From Pirellula staleyi DSM 6068 (lineage in GTDB: Bacteria; Planctomycetota; Planctomycetia; Pirellulales; Pirellulaceae), in NCBI GenBank assembly GCA_000025185.1, contig CP001848.1, positions 4,080,001-4,112,000 of the forward strand: 32,000 nucleotides of DNA, given 5' to 3'. A program made the position numbers and the translations under genes. A model generated the notes under the pieces. The model searched no databases. It was given only the letters and a program-made list of their open reading frames with translations, and had not been told where the DNA came from. Below are positions 16,436 to 24,815 of the stretch, in pieces (position 1 is the stretch's first letter; each line of letters opens with the position of its first letter).

Positions 16436-17854
16436 ATGATTATTCGCCCCAGCACTAATCGCCGGGACTTTTTGGCCACGATGTCGGCGGCATCACTCGC
16501 TGCGATGCTCAGTGGCGATCCTCGCCAAATCGCAGCAGCGGAAGCTCCGAAAGCAAAAGCCGAGGCGGTGATTTTGTTGTGGATGGGAGGGGGTATGGCG
16601 CATACCGAAACCTTCGATCCCAAGCTCTACACACCGTTTGAGAAAGGGATGGATGCCAATCGGGTTTTGAGCACATTTCCCGCCATCGACACGGTCGTCG
16701 ACAACATCAAGATCTCCGAGGGGCTGGAGAATATCGCGCAGGTGATGGACCGCGCGACTCTGATTCGCTCTTACACGGCGGGCGATCTTGGATTCATTCT
16801 GCACTCGCGACATCAGTATCATTGGCACACCGGCTATGCGCCGCCGCAAACGGTTGCTGCGCCGCATATTGGCTCGGTGATTGCGCGCACACTTGGCCCG
16901 CGCGATCCGGCGATGCCTGCGTTCATCGACATTGGACAGCGGTTTGAACTGGGCGAAGGGGAAGAGCTGAAGGCGTTTCATACCGCTGGCTTTTTGGGAA
17001 GCGAGCATGGTCCGTTTTTGATTCCGATGCCCGATCAGGCGCTCGCTTCAGTACAGCCCCCACCGGGGATGACGATGGAGCGTTTTCAAAAGCGCTATGA
17101 GGCGATGAAGAAGCTTTCGTCGTCGAGCCCCATCGCACAAAACGGTAGCGATTTCCAACGCACTTCGCTCGAACGGTCACTCGATAATGCCTTCAGACTG
17201 CTGAGCAGTCCAGCTGCGAAAGCGTTCGATTTATCGCTCGAACCCAAGGAAAGCTACGACCGTTACAACACCGGCCGCTTTGGGCTGGGGTGTCTGCTCG
17301 CTCGTCGTTTGGTCGAGTCGGGCGCGCGATTCATCGAAGTTACCACCGAGTACATTCCGTTCCTCAACTGGGACACGCACGACAATGGCCACACGCGTTT
17401 GCGCGAGCTGAAGAAGCAGATCGATATGCCGATTGCTCAGCTGGTGCGCGATCTCGAAGAGCGAGGGATGCTCGACAAAACGCTCATCGTGCTCGCCAGC
17501 GAATTCAGCCGCGACATGATGATGGAGGGGCGCCCCGAAGCAACCGTGCGCGATCAGGTGCAAGTTCCGACCAAAGTGCAGGAACTGAAAGAGTATGGCA
17601 TGCACCGACACTTCACCGGCGCTGGTAGCGTGCTGATGTTCGGCGGTGGACTTAAGAAGGGGCACGTGCATGGCATCACAGCCGATGAACGCCCCGTCGA
17701 TACCATCAAAGATCGCGTGGTAATTGAAGACCTACACGCGACGATCTACACCGCTTTAGGCATCAGCCCCAAGCTGGCGTATGAAGTGGAAGCTCGGCCG
17801 TTCTACGTCACCCGCGATGGCCTTGGCAAATCGATCGACTCGCTCTTTGCGTAA
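16436..17854 (+). CDS. DUF1501 domain protein (sulfatase/phosphatase-fold), Tat-exported
   Basis: The Tat signal is MIIRPSTNRRDFLATMSAASLAAM. LLWMGGGMAHTETFDPK is the DUF1501 N-terminal metal-site pattern. This protein is the usual partner immediately downstream of DUF1549/DUF1553 proteins. AAGGAA lies upstream of the ATG at 16436. Confidence 0.9.
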   Translation: MIIRPSTNRRDFLATMSAASLAAMLSGDPRQIAAAEAPKAKAEAVILLWMGGGMAHTETFDPKLYTPFEKGMDANRVLSTFPAIDTVVDNIKISEGLENIAQVMDRATLIRSYTAGDLGFILHSRHQYHWHTGYAPPQTVAAPHIGSVIARTLGPRDPAMPAFIDIGQRFELGEGEELKAFHTAGFLGSEHGPFLIPMPDQALASVQPPPGMTMERFQKRYEAMKKLSSSSPIAQNGSDFQRTSLERSLDNAFRLLSSPAAKAFDLSLEPKESYDRYNTGRFGLGCLLARRLVESGARFIEVTTEYIPFLNWDTHDNGHTRLRELKKQIDMPIAQLVRDLEERGMLDKTLIVLASEFSRDMMMEGRPEATVRDQVQVPTKVQELKEYGMHRHFTGAGSVLMFGGGLKKGHVHGITADERPVDTIKDRVVIEDLHATIYTALGISPKLAYEVEARPFYVTRDGLGKSIDSLFA

Positions 17855-17883
17855 TCGATCGACGCTCGGCTATCGACGTTGAC

Positions 17884-19416
17884 TTATCGTAGCTGCGTGT
17901 CGGCTTGCATCATCGCTTGCCGAGCAGGAACTGCGTAGTTCTCTGGTGCGCGTCCGAACTCATCGAGAGCACTGGCATCGGAGAAGAGGAAGAGCCGCTC
18001 GCCATAGGCAATCGCGAAGGCTCGCTTTCCTTCCACCAGTTTGCCCGACCGAGCGAATACCACAGGATCGCATCCCGAGAGAATCGGGCTGTAGCGATCG
18101 GGATCGACGAGAAACTTCTTCTGCTCCGCTTCCGAGGCGAACAAGTAGGTGCGACCGCGATGGACGGCTCCCCACTGTGGATCGCCCTTCTTCCAAGCCC
18201 GGCGATCGAGCAGCGTGATGACGCAGTAGCCATCCATTGCCAACTGAGGTGCATCCACAGCAGCGATGAACTGATTTTGTGCTGAGCTGAGGGGGGGATT
18301 CGCCGAAGCTGGAACCACGGGATTCTGCGAAGCCTCAGCGGTTTGACCATAGCCGGATGCGCCATATCCTGGATCGTTGTAAGCCTGCTGGCCGTAGCTC
18401 TGCTGGCCATAGCTCTGCTGACCATAGCCCGAGTTGCCATATCCCGCCTGGCTGCTGGCTGGTGGTGCATAACTACCTTGGGCGCTATAGCTTGGCGTGG
18501 CAGCGCTAGGTGCAGGCTGCTGCTGATAGGCCGATTCGCTACCCGCTGGGGCAGGGGCTGACGCATAAGGATTCGTCATCACACCTTGCTGCGTGTACTG
18601 TGGTGCGCTCGGCTGCTGGGTGTAGCTCTCGCGAGCAGGTGCCACTGGCGTTTGCGATGCGGCAGGCTGATAGCCCCCCGAATAACGATTCGCCATCGGC
18701 TGCGAGTTTTCGACCGGTGCCGCAGCAGCAGGTTGGCCTGGTGTTGCAGCAGGAGGCGTCATGCCATAGCCGCCGAACTGGCCACCGTTGGCAATGTAAG
18801 GGCTCGCCGCAGGATTGCCGTAGACTGAGTTGTTGGCTGTCGTTGCAGCATCAGCCACAGGTTGATACGACGACCGAACCGACGTGTTTTCGATGGGAGC
18901 TTGAGCGTAAGGCGAGCTCGCAGCTGTCTGCTGATTGGCATACACCGGCTCGCGTGCCACATCGGTGGCAGGTCCGGGCGACGGGGTCTGCTGACCTGTG
19001 GTGCTACCAGCTTGCTGAGCCACTTGTTCCATCAAAGCGATATAGTCGCGTGGCGATTGAGGGCTCACCGTGCGAAACACTTCGAGACCCGAGGGACTCA
19101 CAATCACATCGGTGGGCCACTGACGAATCTGATATCGCATCGCCAGTTGAGGATTTTGTTTGACGTGCACTTTCACGGCGACGTAGTTGCGATCGATCGC
19201 GGTCGCCACATCAGCTTGCGAGAAGACGTTGCGATCGAGCTTCACGCAGGGAGGGCAGTCGTCGGAATAGAAGTGCAGCAGCACCAGGCGACGCTGTTCA
19301 GCCGCCATTTCGCATGCCTGACGGAAATCGGCGGTCCAGCGGATCTGATCCTGTCCCGAGGCGAGCGAGGCGACCAAAAGGAGCGCCAAGGCGATGATGG
19401 GAGCGTGCTTTGACAT
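17884..19416 (-). CDS. Secreted thioredoxin-fold protein with a long Q/P/A/Y/G-rich linker and two C-terminal YHS-like repeats
   Basis: It has the signal peptide MSKHAPIIALALLLVASLASG and a thioredoxin-like CPPC in LLHFYSDDCPPCVKLDRNVF. About 230 aa of low complexity follow. The C-terminus holds two related modules (GYCVITLLDRRAWKKGDPQWGAVHRGRTYLFASEAEQKKFLVDPDRY and GCDPVVFARSGKLVEGKRAFAIAYGERLFLFSDASALDEF). Confidence 0.75.
   Translation of the reverse strand: MSKHAPIIALALLLVASLASGQDQIRWTADFRQACEMAAEQRRLVLLHFYSDDCPPCVKLDRNVFSQADVATAIDRNYVAVKVHVKQNPQLAMRYQIRQWPTDVIVSPSGLEVFRTVSPQSPRDYIALMEQVAQQAGSTTGQQTPSPGPATDVAREPVYANQQTAASSPYAQAPIENTSVRSSYQPVADAATTANNSVYGNPAASPYIANGGQFGGYGMTPPAATPGQPAAAAPVENSQPMANRYSGGYQPAASQTPVAPARESYTQQPSAPQYTQQGVMTNPYASAPAPAGSESAYQQQPAPSAATPSYSAQGSYAPPASSQAGYGNSGYGQQSYGQQSYGQQAYNDPGYGASGYGQTAEASQNPVVPASANPPLSSAQNQFIAAVDAPQLAMDGYCVITLLDRRAWKKGDPQWGAVHRGRTYLFASEAEQKKFLVDPDRYSPILSGCDPVVFARSGKLVEGKRAFAIAYGERLFLFSDASALDEFGRAPENYAVPARQAMMQADTQLR
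18343..18455 (-). repeat. Coding tandem repeat (GYG/QQSYG units) within the thioredoxin-fold protein linker
   Basis: The protein reads GYGNSGYGQQSYGQQSYGQQAYNDPGYGASGYGQ. On the + strand the DNA repeats CTGCTGGCC(A/G)TAGCT units. Confidence 0.6.
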
Positions 19417-19694
19417 TCGAACATCCTTGCACTGGGCACTTGCGACAGACTGCCGTGGAAAAGATTCCGGCGCAGGCTGTCACCCTCTACCGACGGACAG
19501 AAGTGTTGGTTGTATCGGTTAGGCAAGTTATCCGATTCAAGGAAATGTGCCGGTTGATCCAAAGAATTGCGAAGAATCGGCTCGGATCGGTCGAAAGGGC
19601 TCGCCAGCAACCGCCGCGACCAAGCATCAGCGATCTTGGATGTGTAACTTCTTAAGAATTTTCAATTATTCGTAACTCTAGAGGGATTCCCAGC

Positions 19695-19722
19695 TTGACA
19701 CCCGGCCGCTGATCACTAGGAT
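19695..19722 (+). promoter_or_regulatory. Sigma70-type promoter candidate far upstream of rho
   Basis: TTGACA (19695-19700), a 16-nt spacer, then TAGGAT (19717-19722). If used, it gives an approximately 840-nt rho leader. Confidence 0.25.
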
Positions 19723-20565
19723 TCACCACAGTAAGACTTCTGTCTGACATGCAAGCGTTGTTTTGCAGTTGGTCTGGTTGTTTTGGGGCTCTCTAACCCA
19801 TCACAGCTGAATCTTGCGACCCGGATTCTGCCTCAGCTCGGCAGCCTTCTTCGGGAAACGCTTCTCTCGATTGAACGGTGGTTCTTTTCGAATTGCACCT
19901 GCGATTCGCAGAGTCACCAAGCACCAGCTCACGCCAAGTTTTTGTGGCAGTTGTTTGCAGTTCTCCGGCTCAGTGCATTTGACGATTCCCGTCGTCATTT
20001 GTTCCCCCAGCCGCAGATGATCACTCCTTTCCAGCACTTGCCGACATTCTCGTTGCAAGCCTCAGGGAGTTTTCGCCACAAAGTCGGCCCAGCATCGTGC
20101 TACGTCAATCGATGTCGGTAACTGATTTTTGTAACGTTCCCCGCCAAGCTGTCAGGATTTTCCGGCAAGCTTTGTGGGCCCCCTCATCGCCCCCTGCGAT
20201 GAAGCGAATCGGTCGACTGCTCCTGTTGTTTAGCACGCAGTTCCAGCTGATTTCGCACCCAGTCACTATCCGCCCAGGGTGGCGCTGCTCAGGCTCTTGT
20301 CCTGAGGGTGCTGCTCGGCGACATAGCTCCTGATGTCATGCGATGATGGCCTCGCTTGGTAAGTCGACTTGCTTCCTGCAAGGCTTCGCACGAGCTCGAT
20401 GGCTCTCGTTGATATCGGAACAGCATTTCGGATTTACCCCTTTCTAAATATCCGCTGGATATCGGAAGGTTTTCGTAAGGCGCATCAGAAGCGCTCATTC
20501 GTTCGATGCAAGTGCCACACGGCCACGATGGGTCCGGCAACTTGTGTGGTTCTACCAGGTGAGGT

Positions 20566-22032
20566 ATGGCGAAGAAGAAGTTTCGGCCACGCAGCGGTGG
20601 CGGTGGTGGTCAAGGACGATCCGGCTACGGCGGTCACTACGGAGGTGGTGGCGGCGGCGGTGGCGGAGGAGGAGGTGGTGGCGGAGGCTACTACCAAGGT
20701 GGTGGCGGTGGTGGCGGAGGCGGAGGTGGTGGCAATGGCCGCCCTCGGCGTCGTCGTCGTCCCGGTCCGCCCGGAATGGGTGGCGGCGGTGGTGGCATGC
20801 GTGACGGAAATGGCATGCAGGGCGACGATCGCCAGCCATACTACGATCGCGAGCGTGCTCCCGAAGCCCCCAAGCTCGACGAAAACGGCCAGCCTATTCC
20901 TGTGAAGGAAATGGTTCTCGAAGCGGGTTATGGCCTGCTCGAAATGCATCCCAACGGCTATGGCTTTCTGCGTAGCCCCGACAATAACTACAGCCGCGAA
21001 CGAAGCGATCCCTTTGTCCCGGGTACGATGATCGAGAAATACAGTCTTCGTCAGGGAGTGATGATTCGTGGTCAGGTGCAGCCTGGCCGTGGTCACCAAG
21101 GACCCCGTTTGCGCGAAGTCACCGACGTCGAAGGGATGCCACCTGACGATTACATCAAGGTAAAGGCCTTCGATCAGCTCACGCCGATCAACCCCGATCG
21201 CTGGTTCCGACTCGAAACCGGTCCCCAGCCGTTGAGCACTCGGGTGATGGATCTTCTGACGCCCCTGGGACGTGGTCAGCGCGCACTCATCGTCGCCCCT
21301 CCTCGCAGCGGCAAGACAATTCTGATGCAGCAGATCTCGGCCGGTGTCGCAGCCAATTATCCCGACGTGAAGCAGTTCATCCTGCTGATCGACGAGCGCC
21401 CTGAAGAAGTCACCGACATGCGCCGCAACGTCAAGGGCGAAGTCTGTGCCAGCAGCCTCGACAACGATATCGAAAGCCATGTCCGTCTGTCGCAGCTCAT
21501 CATCGAGCGCTGCAAGCGGATGGCGGAAATGGGCCAGGATGTCTTCCTGCTGCTCGATTCGATCACCCGTCTGGCACGTGCTTTCAACAAGTACGTGGGA
21601 GATAAGGGTGGCACGATGTCGGGTGGTTTGAACATCAAGGCGATGGACATTCCCAAGAAGCTTTTCGCGACGGCTCGTGCGTTCGAAGAAGGGGGCTCGC
21701 TCACCATCGTGGGGACCGCCCTGATCGAAACCAACAGCCGCATGGATGACGCGATTTTTCAGGAGTTCAAGGGAACGGGCAACATGGAACTGGTACTCGA
21801 TCGCAAACTGGCCGAACGCCGCGTTTGGCCCGCGATCGACGTTACCCAGTCTGGTACTCGTCGCGAAGAACTTCTGCTCGAACCCGAAGCTTTGCATGCC
21901 GTCACGATGCTCCGACGCACCTTGTCGAGCATGCATCCGGTCGACGCCATGGAGCAACTTACCAAGCAACTCGGGCGGTTCAAGACCAACGCCGAGTTCA
22001 TTAAGCTGATCAGCAGCGCTCGTATGGACTAG
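20566..22032 (+). CDS. rho: Transcription termination factor Rho with a Gly/Arg-rich low-complexity N-terminal extension
   Basis: From about aa 105 it is colinear with E. coli Rho: GYGFLRSPDNNY (the CSD-like RNA-binding domain), Walker A PPRSGKT, LLIDERPEEVTDM, DSITRLARA, EEGGSLT, and EFKGTGNMELVLDR...RVWPAIDVTQSGTRREELL. A strong RBS (GGTGAGG) precedes the ATG at 20566. Confidence 0.95.
   Translation: MAKKKFRPRSGGGGGQGRSGYGGHYGGGGGGGGGGGGGGGGYYQGGGGGGGGGGGGNGRPRRRRRPGPPGMGGGGGGMRDGNGMQGDDRQPYYDRERAPEAPKLDENGQPIPVKEMVLEAGYGLLEMHPNGYGFLRSPDNNYSRERSDPFVPGTMIEKYSLRQGVMIRGQVQPGRGHQGPRLREVTDVEGMPPDDYIKVKAFDQLTPINPDRWFRLETGPQPLSTRVMDLLTPLGRGQRALIVAPPRSGKTILMQQISAGVAANYPDVKQFILLIDERPEEVTDMRRNVKGEVCASSLDNDIESHVRLSQLIIERCKRMAEMGQDVFLLLDSITRLARAFNKYVGDKGGTMSGGLNIKAMDIPKKLFATARAFEEGGSLTIVGTALIETNSRMDDAIFQEFKGTGNMELVLDRKLAERRVWPAIDVTQSGTRREELLLEPEALHAVTMLRRTLSSMHPVDAMEQLTKQLGRFKTNAEFIKLISSARMD
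20596..20796 (+). repeat. (GGN)n simple-sequence coding tract in rho (poly-Gly runs of 16, 12 and 6 residues with interspersed R/Y/Q)
   Basis: It translates to GGGGGQGRSGYGGHYG(16)YYQG(12)NGRPRRRRRPGPPGMG(6). The DNA consists of GGT/GGC/GGA codons. Confidence 0.85.
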
Positions 22033-22062
22033 GTTGCCATCGGGTAGCCGACACGTCTCGAA

Positions 22063-22088
22063 AATAGTTGACCAAACCGTCAACTATT
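22063..22088 (+). other. 10-bp perfect hairpin just after the rho stop
   Basis: AATAGTTGAC (22063-22072) pairs with GTCAACTATT (22079-22088), with loop CAAACC. No U-tract follows. Confidence 0.4.
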
Positions 22089-22100
22089 CGGTAGAAAATC

Positions 22101-22146
22101 AAAGTCGCTCGTGAAAACAGCCTGTTTTTCCGAGCGACTTTTCTAT
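22101..22146 (+). terminator. Intrinsic terminator candidate downstream of rho
   Basis: AAAGTCGCTCG (22101-22111) pairs with CGAGCGACTTT (22131-22141). An inner helix pairs AAAAC with GTTTT. TCTAT follows, and the T-run is partly inside the stem. Confidence 0.5.
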
Positions 22147-22277
22147 GCGCAGGCGTCAACTGGCACGCAGGAGTTGACCACGCGCCTACGATAGGTGTTG
22201 TCGTCGAGCAGCGTGCGGTGACAGCATGCATCGATCTCAAGTACAGGTTTTCACTCGGTGTAAGAGGAACGCGCGAC

Positions 22278-22793
22278 ATGGGTCAGAAAGAGCGTTACAA
22301 GCGGCAGCTCATTTCCACACGCCAGATGAGTGAGACGCTTCTCTCTGCGTTCAAGACCCCCGCTGATTGGGTCTTACAGATTCATCCCAAGGCCAATCAT
22401 GCCCTCTGGTTTGCAGGGCACATGGCGACGGCTGACAATTTCTTCATCAGCATGGTCGACCCTTCGGCAGTGCGTGAAATGACCGAGCTTAACAAGCTGT
22501 TCGGCATGGGCTCGCAGCCTTCAAGTAACCCCGCCGATTACGGTTCCCCCGAAAGTGTCGTGGCTGAAATGCGCGAGCGACGCGAGAAACTGCTCGCGCT
22601 GCTCGATAGCCTGGATGAAGCGGGGCTCTCGAAGCCGACCCCACCTGGATCGCCTGATTTTCTCCCCGATATCGCCTCGATTTTTGAGACGGCGATTTGG
22701 CACGAAGGGATGCACAGCGGTCAGCTGTCGATGATACGCCGCGCCTTGGGACACGAGCCGATCATGGGCAACACCCCCGCACCGTCGACGTAG
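22278..22793 (+). CDS. DinB-family (DinB_2-like four-helix bundle) protein
   Basis: The metal-triad His pattern is spread across the helices (NHALWFAGHMA ... WHEGMHSGQLSMIRRALG). I prefer the ATG at 22278, with AAGAGGA upstream, over the track start at 22218. Confidence 0.7.
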   Translation: MGQKERYKRQLISTRQMSETLLSAFKTPADWVLQIHPKANHALWFAGHMATADNFFISMVDPSAVREMTELNKLFGMGSQPSSNPADYGSPESVVAEMRERREKLLALLDSLDEAGLSKPTPPGSPDFLPDIASIFETAIWHEGMHSGQLSMIRRALGHEPIMGNTPAPST

Positions 22794-22812
22794 TTTGTCC
22801 GCGCGATGCGTA

Positions 22813-23526
22813 CTAGCCCGCTGAAGATTCCAGCGTCACGAGGATTTGATCGGCAATTTTATAGGCGAGCGTGGTCTCCGCTCCCTCCACCATCAGCGTG
22901 ATCACTCCGGCCTGCGGCCGCGAAGAAGCTACCTTGCCGATGGCGCCGAGTTTCAGCCCCGTTTCGCTGAGGTAGCGCAAAAACTCGGGCGATTGATCGA
23001 GCACGCGCTCGAGGCGGAACTCCATGCCGCTGCTGAGTTCCGAGAGCCGCTTGCCAGCCGACCGGGCCACGGTTCCATCGGCTTTAGGGATCGGGTCGCC
23101 GTGGGGATCGGTTGCGGGATAGCCCAAAAAAGCATCGATCCGATCGACGAGCAAATCGCTGACGGCGTGCTCCATATTCTCAGCTTCTTCGTGCACTTCG
23201 TCCCACGAGAGTTCGAGCGTCCGGACTAAAAACAGCTCAATCAGCCGATGCCGCCGCAAAACGCGCAGCGCGAGTGTCCGTCCGCTCTCCGTCAGCCGAG
23301 CACCCTCGTAAGGCGTGTATTCTGCGAGCCCCGATTCGCTCAACGTTTTGAGCATGCTCGTGACCGTTCCCGGCGAAACGCCTAGCGATTCCGCAAGACG
23401 TCCGGTCGCCGCAGGCTGAGCGTCGCCAGCAGCGATTTGGTAGATCGCCTTCACATAATTTTCGATCGTCAAACTTGCCACGCCACGTTCTCCCGTGGTT
23501 CGCACGTTGAGGCTCCGTCGAATCAT
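22813..23526 (-). CDS. DtxR/MntR-family metal-dependent transcriptional repressor with a C-terminal FeoA/SH3-like domain
   Basis: The wHTH region is IENYVKAIYQIAAG...LAESLGVSPGTVTSMLKTLSESGLAEYTPYEGARLTESG. The dimerisation and metal-site helix is RRHRLIELFL...HEEAENMEHAVS, followed by DPHGDPIP. The C-terminal ~70 aa is FeoA-like. Start options are 23613 (track), the ATG at 23526, or the GTG at 23481. Confidence 0.85.
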   Translation of the reverse strand: MIRRSLNVRTTGERGVASLTIENYVKAIYQIAAGDAQPAATGRLAESLGVSPGTVTSMLKTLSESGLAEYTPYEGARLTESGRTLALRVLRRHRLIELFLVRTLELSWDEVHEEAENMEHAVSDLLVDRIDAFLGYPATDPHGDPIPKADGTVARSAGKRLSELSSGMEFRLERVLDQSPEFLRYLSETGLKLGAIGKVASSRPQAGVITLMVEGAETTLAYKIADQILVTLESSAG

Positions 23527-23614
23527 TTTCCGCCAAACGATTCGCTCAGTGGGTTCGCATTCTAATCGTGCCGGCCTCTCGCCGAAACCGCGCCGCATCG
23601 ATCTCGTCGTCACG

Positions 23615-23632
23615 AATCGGTCTCTACCGATT
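23615..23632. promoter_or_regulatory. Palindrome AATCGGT-N4-ACCGATT; candidate operator in the DtxR-family/mch divergent region
   Basis: It is a perfect 7-bp inverted repeat about 90 nt upstream of the preferred repressor start and about 225 nt upstream of mch. It does not resemble the classical DtxR/IdeR box that I remember. Confidence 0.2.
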
Positions 23633-23855
23633 ACATCAATCGCGCCGGTTCACGCGCTCGCCGAGATGCCAGCGGGGCTCTGCGAAAACTCAAGTCCCAT
23701 TGCACTCGCCGCTGCTGTGCGACATTATCCCACAATCGCCCGTTTTGGCTTGAACGCTGAAATCGAGCGAATCAAGCTACGGATGTCGGTCGAAACTACG
23801 GCCCCAGGAACGAACTCTCCTCTGCCGCTCGCGATTCGCCACAGGCTCTTTCGAA

Positions 23856-24809
23856 ATGCATTCCCTCAACGACCGCGCCCATCAGCTGGTACAGACCATC
23901 GTGACCGATGCGTCGTCGCTTGGTGCCATCGTCGGGACTGCGGAGTGCGGCACGCAAGTGATCGACTGCGGCAGTAAGCAGACCCCCGGAAGTGTCGAAC
24001 TCGGGTTGCTGCTCGCGCGGATTTGCCTCGCCGATCTGGCCGAAGTTTCGCTCGTTCCCTCCCAAGGCATCCTGCCGACCGAGCATCTTATCGCGGTCTC
24101 CACTAGCGAGCCGCTGCTGGCCTGCATGGCGTCGCAATATGCTGGCTGGAAAATCTCGCACGACAACTATTTTGCGATGGGCTCGGGCCCGATGCGTGCG
24201 CTGCACGGTGGAGAAGCGATTCTCTCCGAGATCACCTTGCACGAATCGCGGCGCGTTGCGGTGGGGGTGCTGGAAGGGAAGATTCCTCCCAGTGTCGTGT
24301 GTGAAAATGTTGCCCGCGACTGCGGCGTCGCTCCGAGTTCTCTCACGCTGCTGGCCGCTCGCACTGCCAGCCTAGCGGGGACGATTCAGGTCGTCGCGCG
24401 TTCGGTTGAAACCGCGCTTCATAAAATGCATACGCTCGGCATTTCGCTGGCGATGGTGCGGTGCGGAACTGGCACAGCGCCACTGGTGCCACTTGCCAGC
24501 GACGATCTCGGCGCGATTGGCTGGACGAACGACGCAGTGCTCTACGGCGGCGATGTGACACTCGAAGTCGAGCATGCCAGCGATGGCTATTTGGCCGACG
24601 TTGTCACGGAAATCCCGAGCTCGGTTTCGAAGGATTTTGGTCGACCATTTCGCGAGATTTTTTCGTCGTACGGCTATGACTTCTACAAACTCGATCCGCT
24701 CCTCTTCAGTCCGGCGAAGATCAAGCTCGTGAATCTGACGACTGGCAAGGAGCACGAGGCTGGTCGGCTGCGCGGCGATATTTTAGCGCAGGCGCTAGCG
24801 GGAAAATAA
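23856..24809 (+). CDS. mch: Methenyltetrahydromethanopterin cyclohydrolase
   Basis: The 317-aa ORF matches the Mch family in length and pattern (LNDRAHQLV...GTQVIDCGSKQTPGSVELGLLLARICLADLAEVSL...ACMASQYAGWKIS...YFAMGSGPMRAL). Confidence 0.88.
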   Translation: MHSLNDRAHQLVQTIVTDASSLGAIVGTAECGTQVIDCGSKQTPGSVELGLLLARICLADLAEVSLVPSQGILPTEHLIAVSTSEPLLACMASQYAGWKISHDNYFAMGSGPMRALHGGEAILSEITLHESRRVAVGVLEGKIPPSVVCENVARDCGVAPSSLTLLAARTASLAGTIQVVARSVETALHKMHTLGISLAMVRCGTGTAPLVPLASDDLGAIGWTNDAVLYGGDVTLEVEHASDGYLADVVTEIPSSVSKDFGRPFREIFSSYGYDFYKLDPLLFSPAKIKLVNLTTGKEHEAGRLRGDILAQALAGK

Positions 24810-24815
24810 GTCGCC

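Noticed and set aside
19783-20540. ORFs in the rho upstream region (19783-20121 +, 19801-20058 -, 20097-20333 +, 20289-20540 -)
   Set aside because: They overlap one another on both strands, have atypical composition for this genome, lack RBS-like sequences and show no motifs. I treat the region as non-coding leader.
20596-20796. The G-rich (GGN)n tract as a G-quadruplex element
   Set aside because: The tract consists of GG dinucleotides separated by single bases and has essentially no GGG runs. A canonical three-tetrad G4 is therefore not supported, and the simplest explanation is poly-Gly coding.
20485-22083. 532-aa ORF on the - strand
   Set aside because: It is antisense to the unambiguous rho gene. 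Its C-terminal part is merely the complement of the (GGN)n tract (poly A/T/S).
22171-22190. Other TGGCAC sites as sigma54 promoters (22173 CTGGCACGCAGGAGTTGAC; 28145 TGGCACGCTCAACAGC; 13493 in trpF)
   Set aside because: The -12 GC element is not at the required GG-N10-GC spacing, and two of the three lie inside coding sequence.
23734-23744. The 11-mer AATCGCCCGTT upstream of mch is identical to the 5' flank of hairpin copy 2
   Set aside because: It is not followed by a hairpin or the AGGGAGAGG core. A single 11-mer match cannot be evaluated without genome-wide counts, so I note it but do not interpret it.
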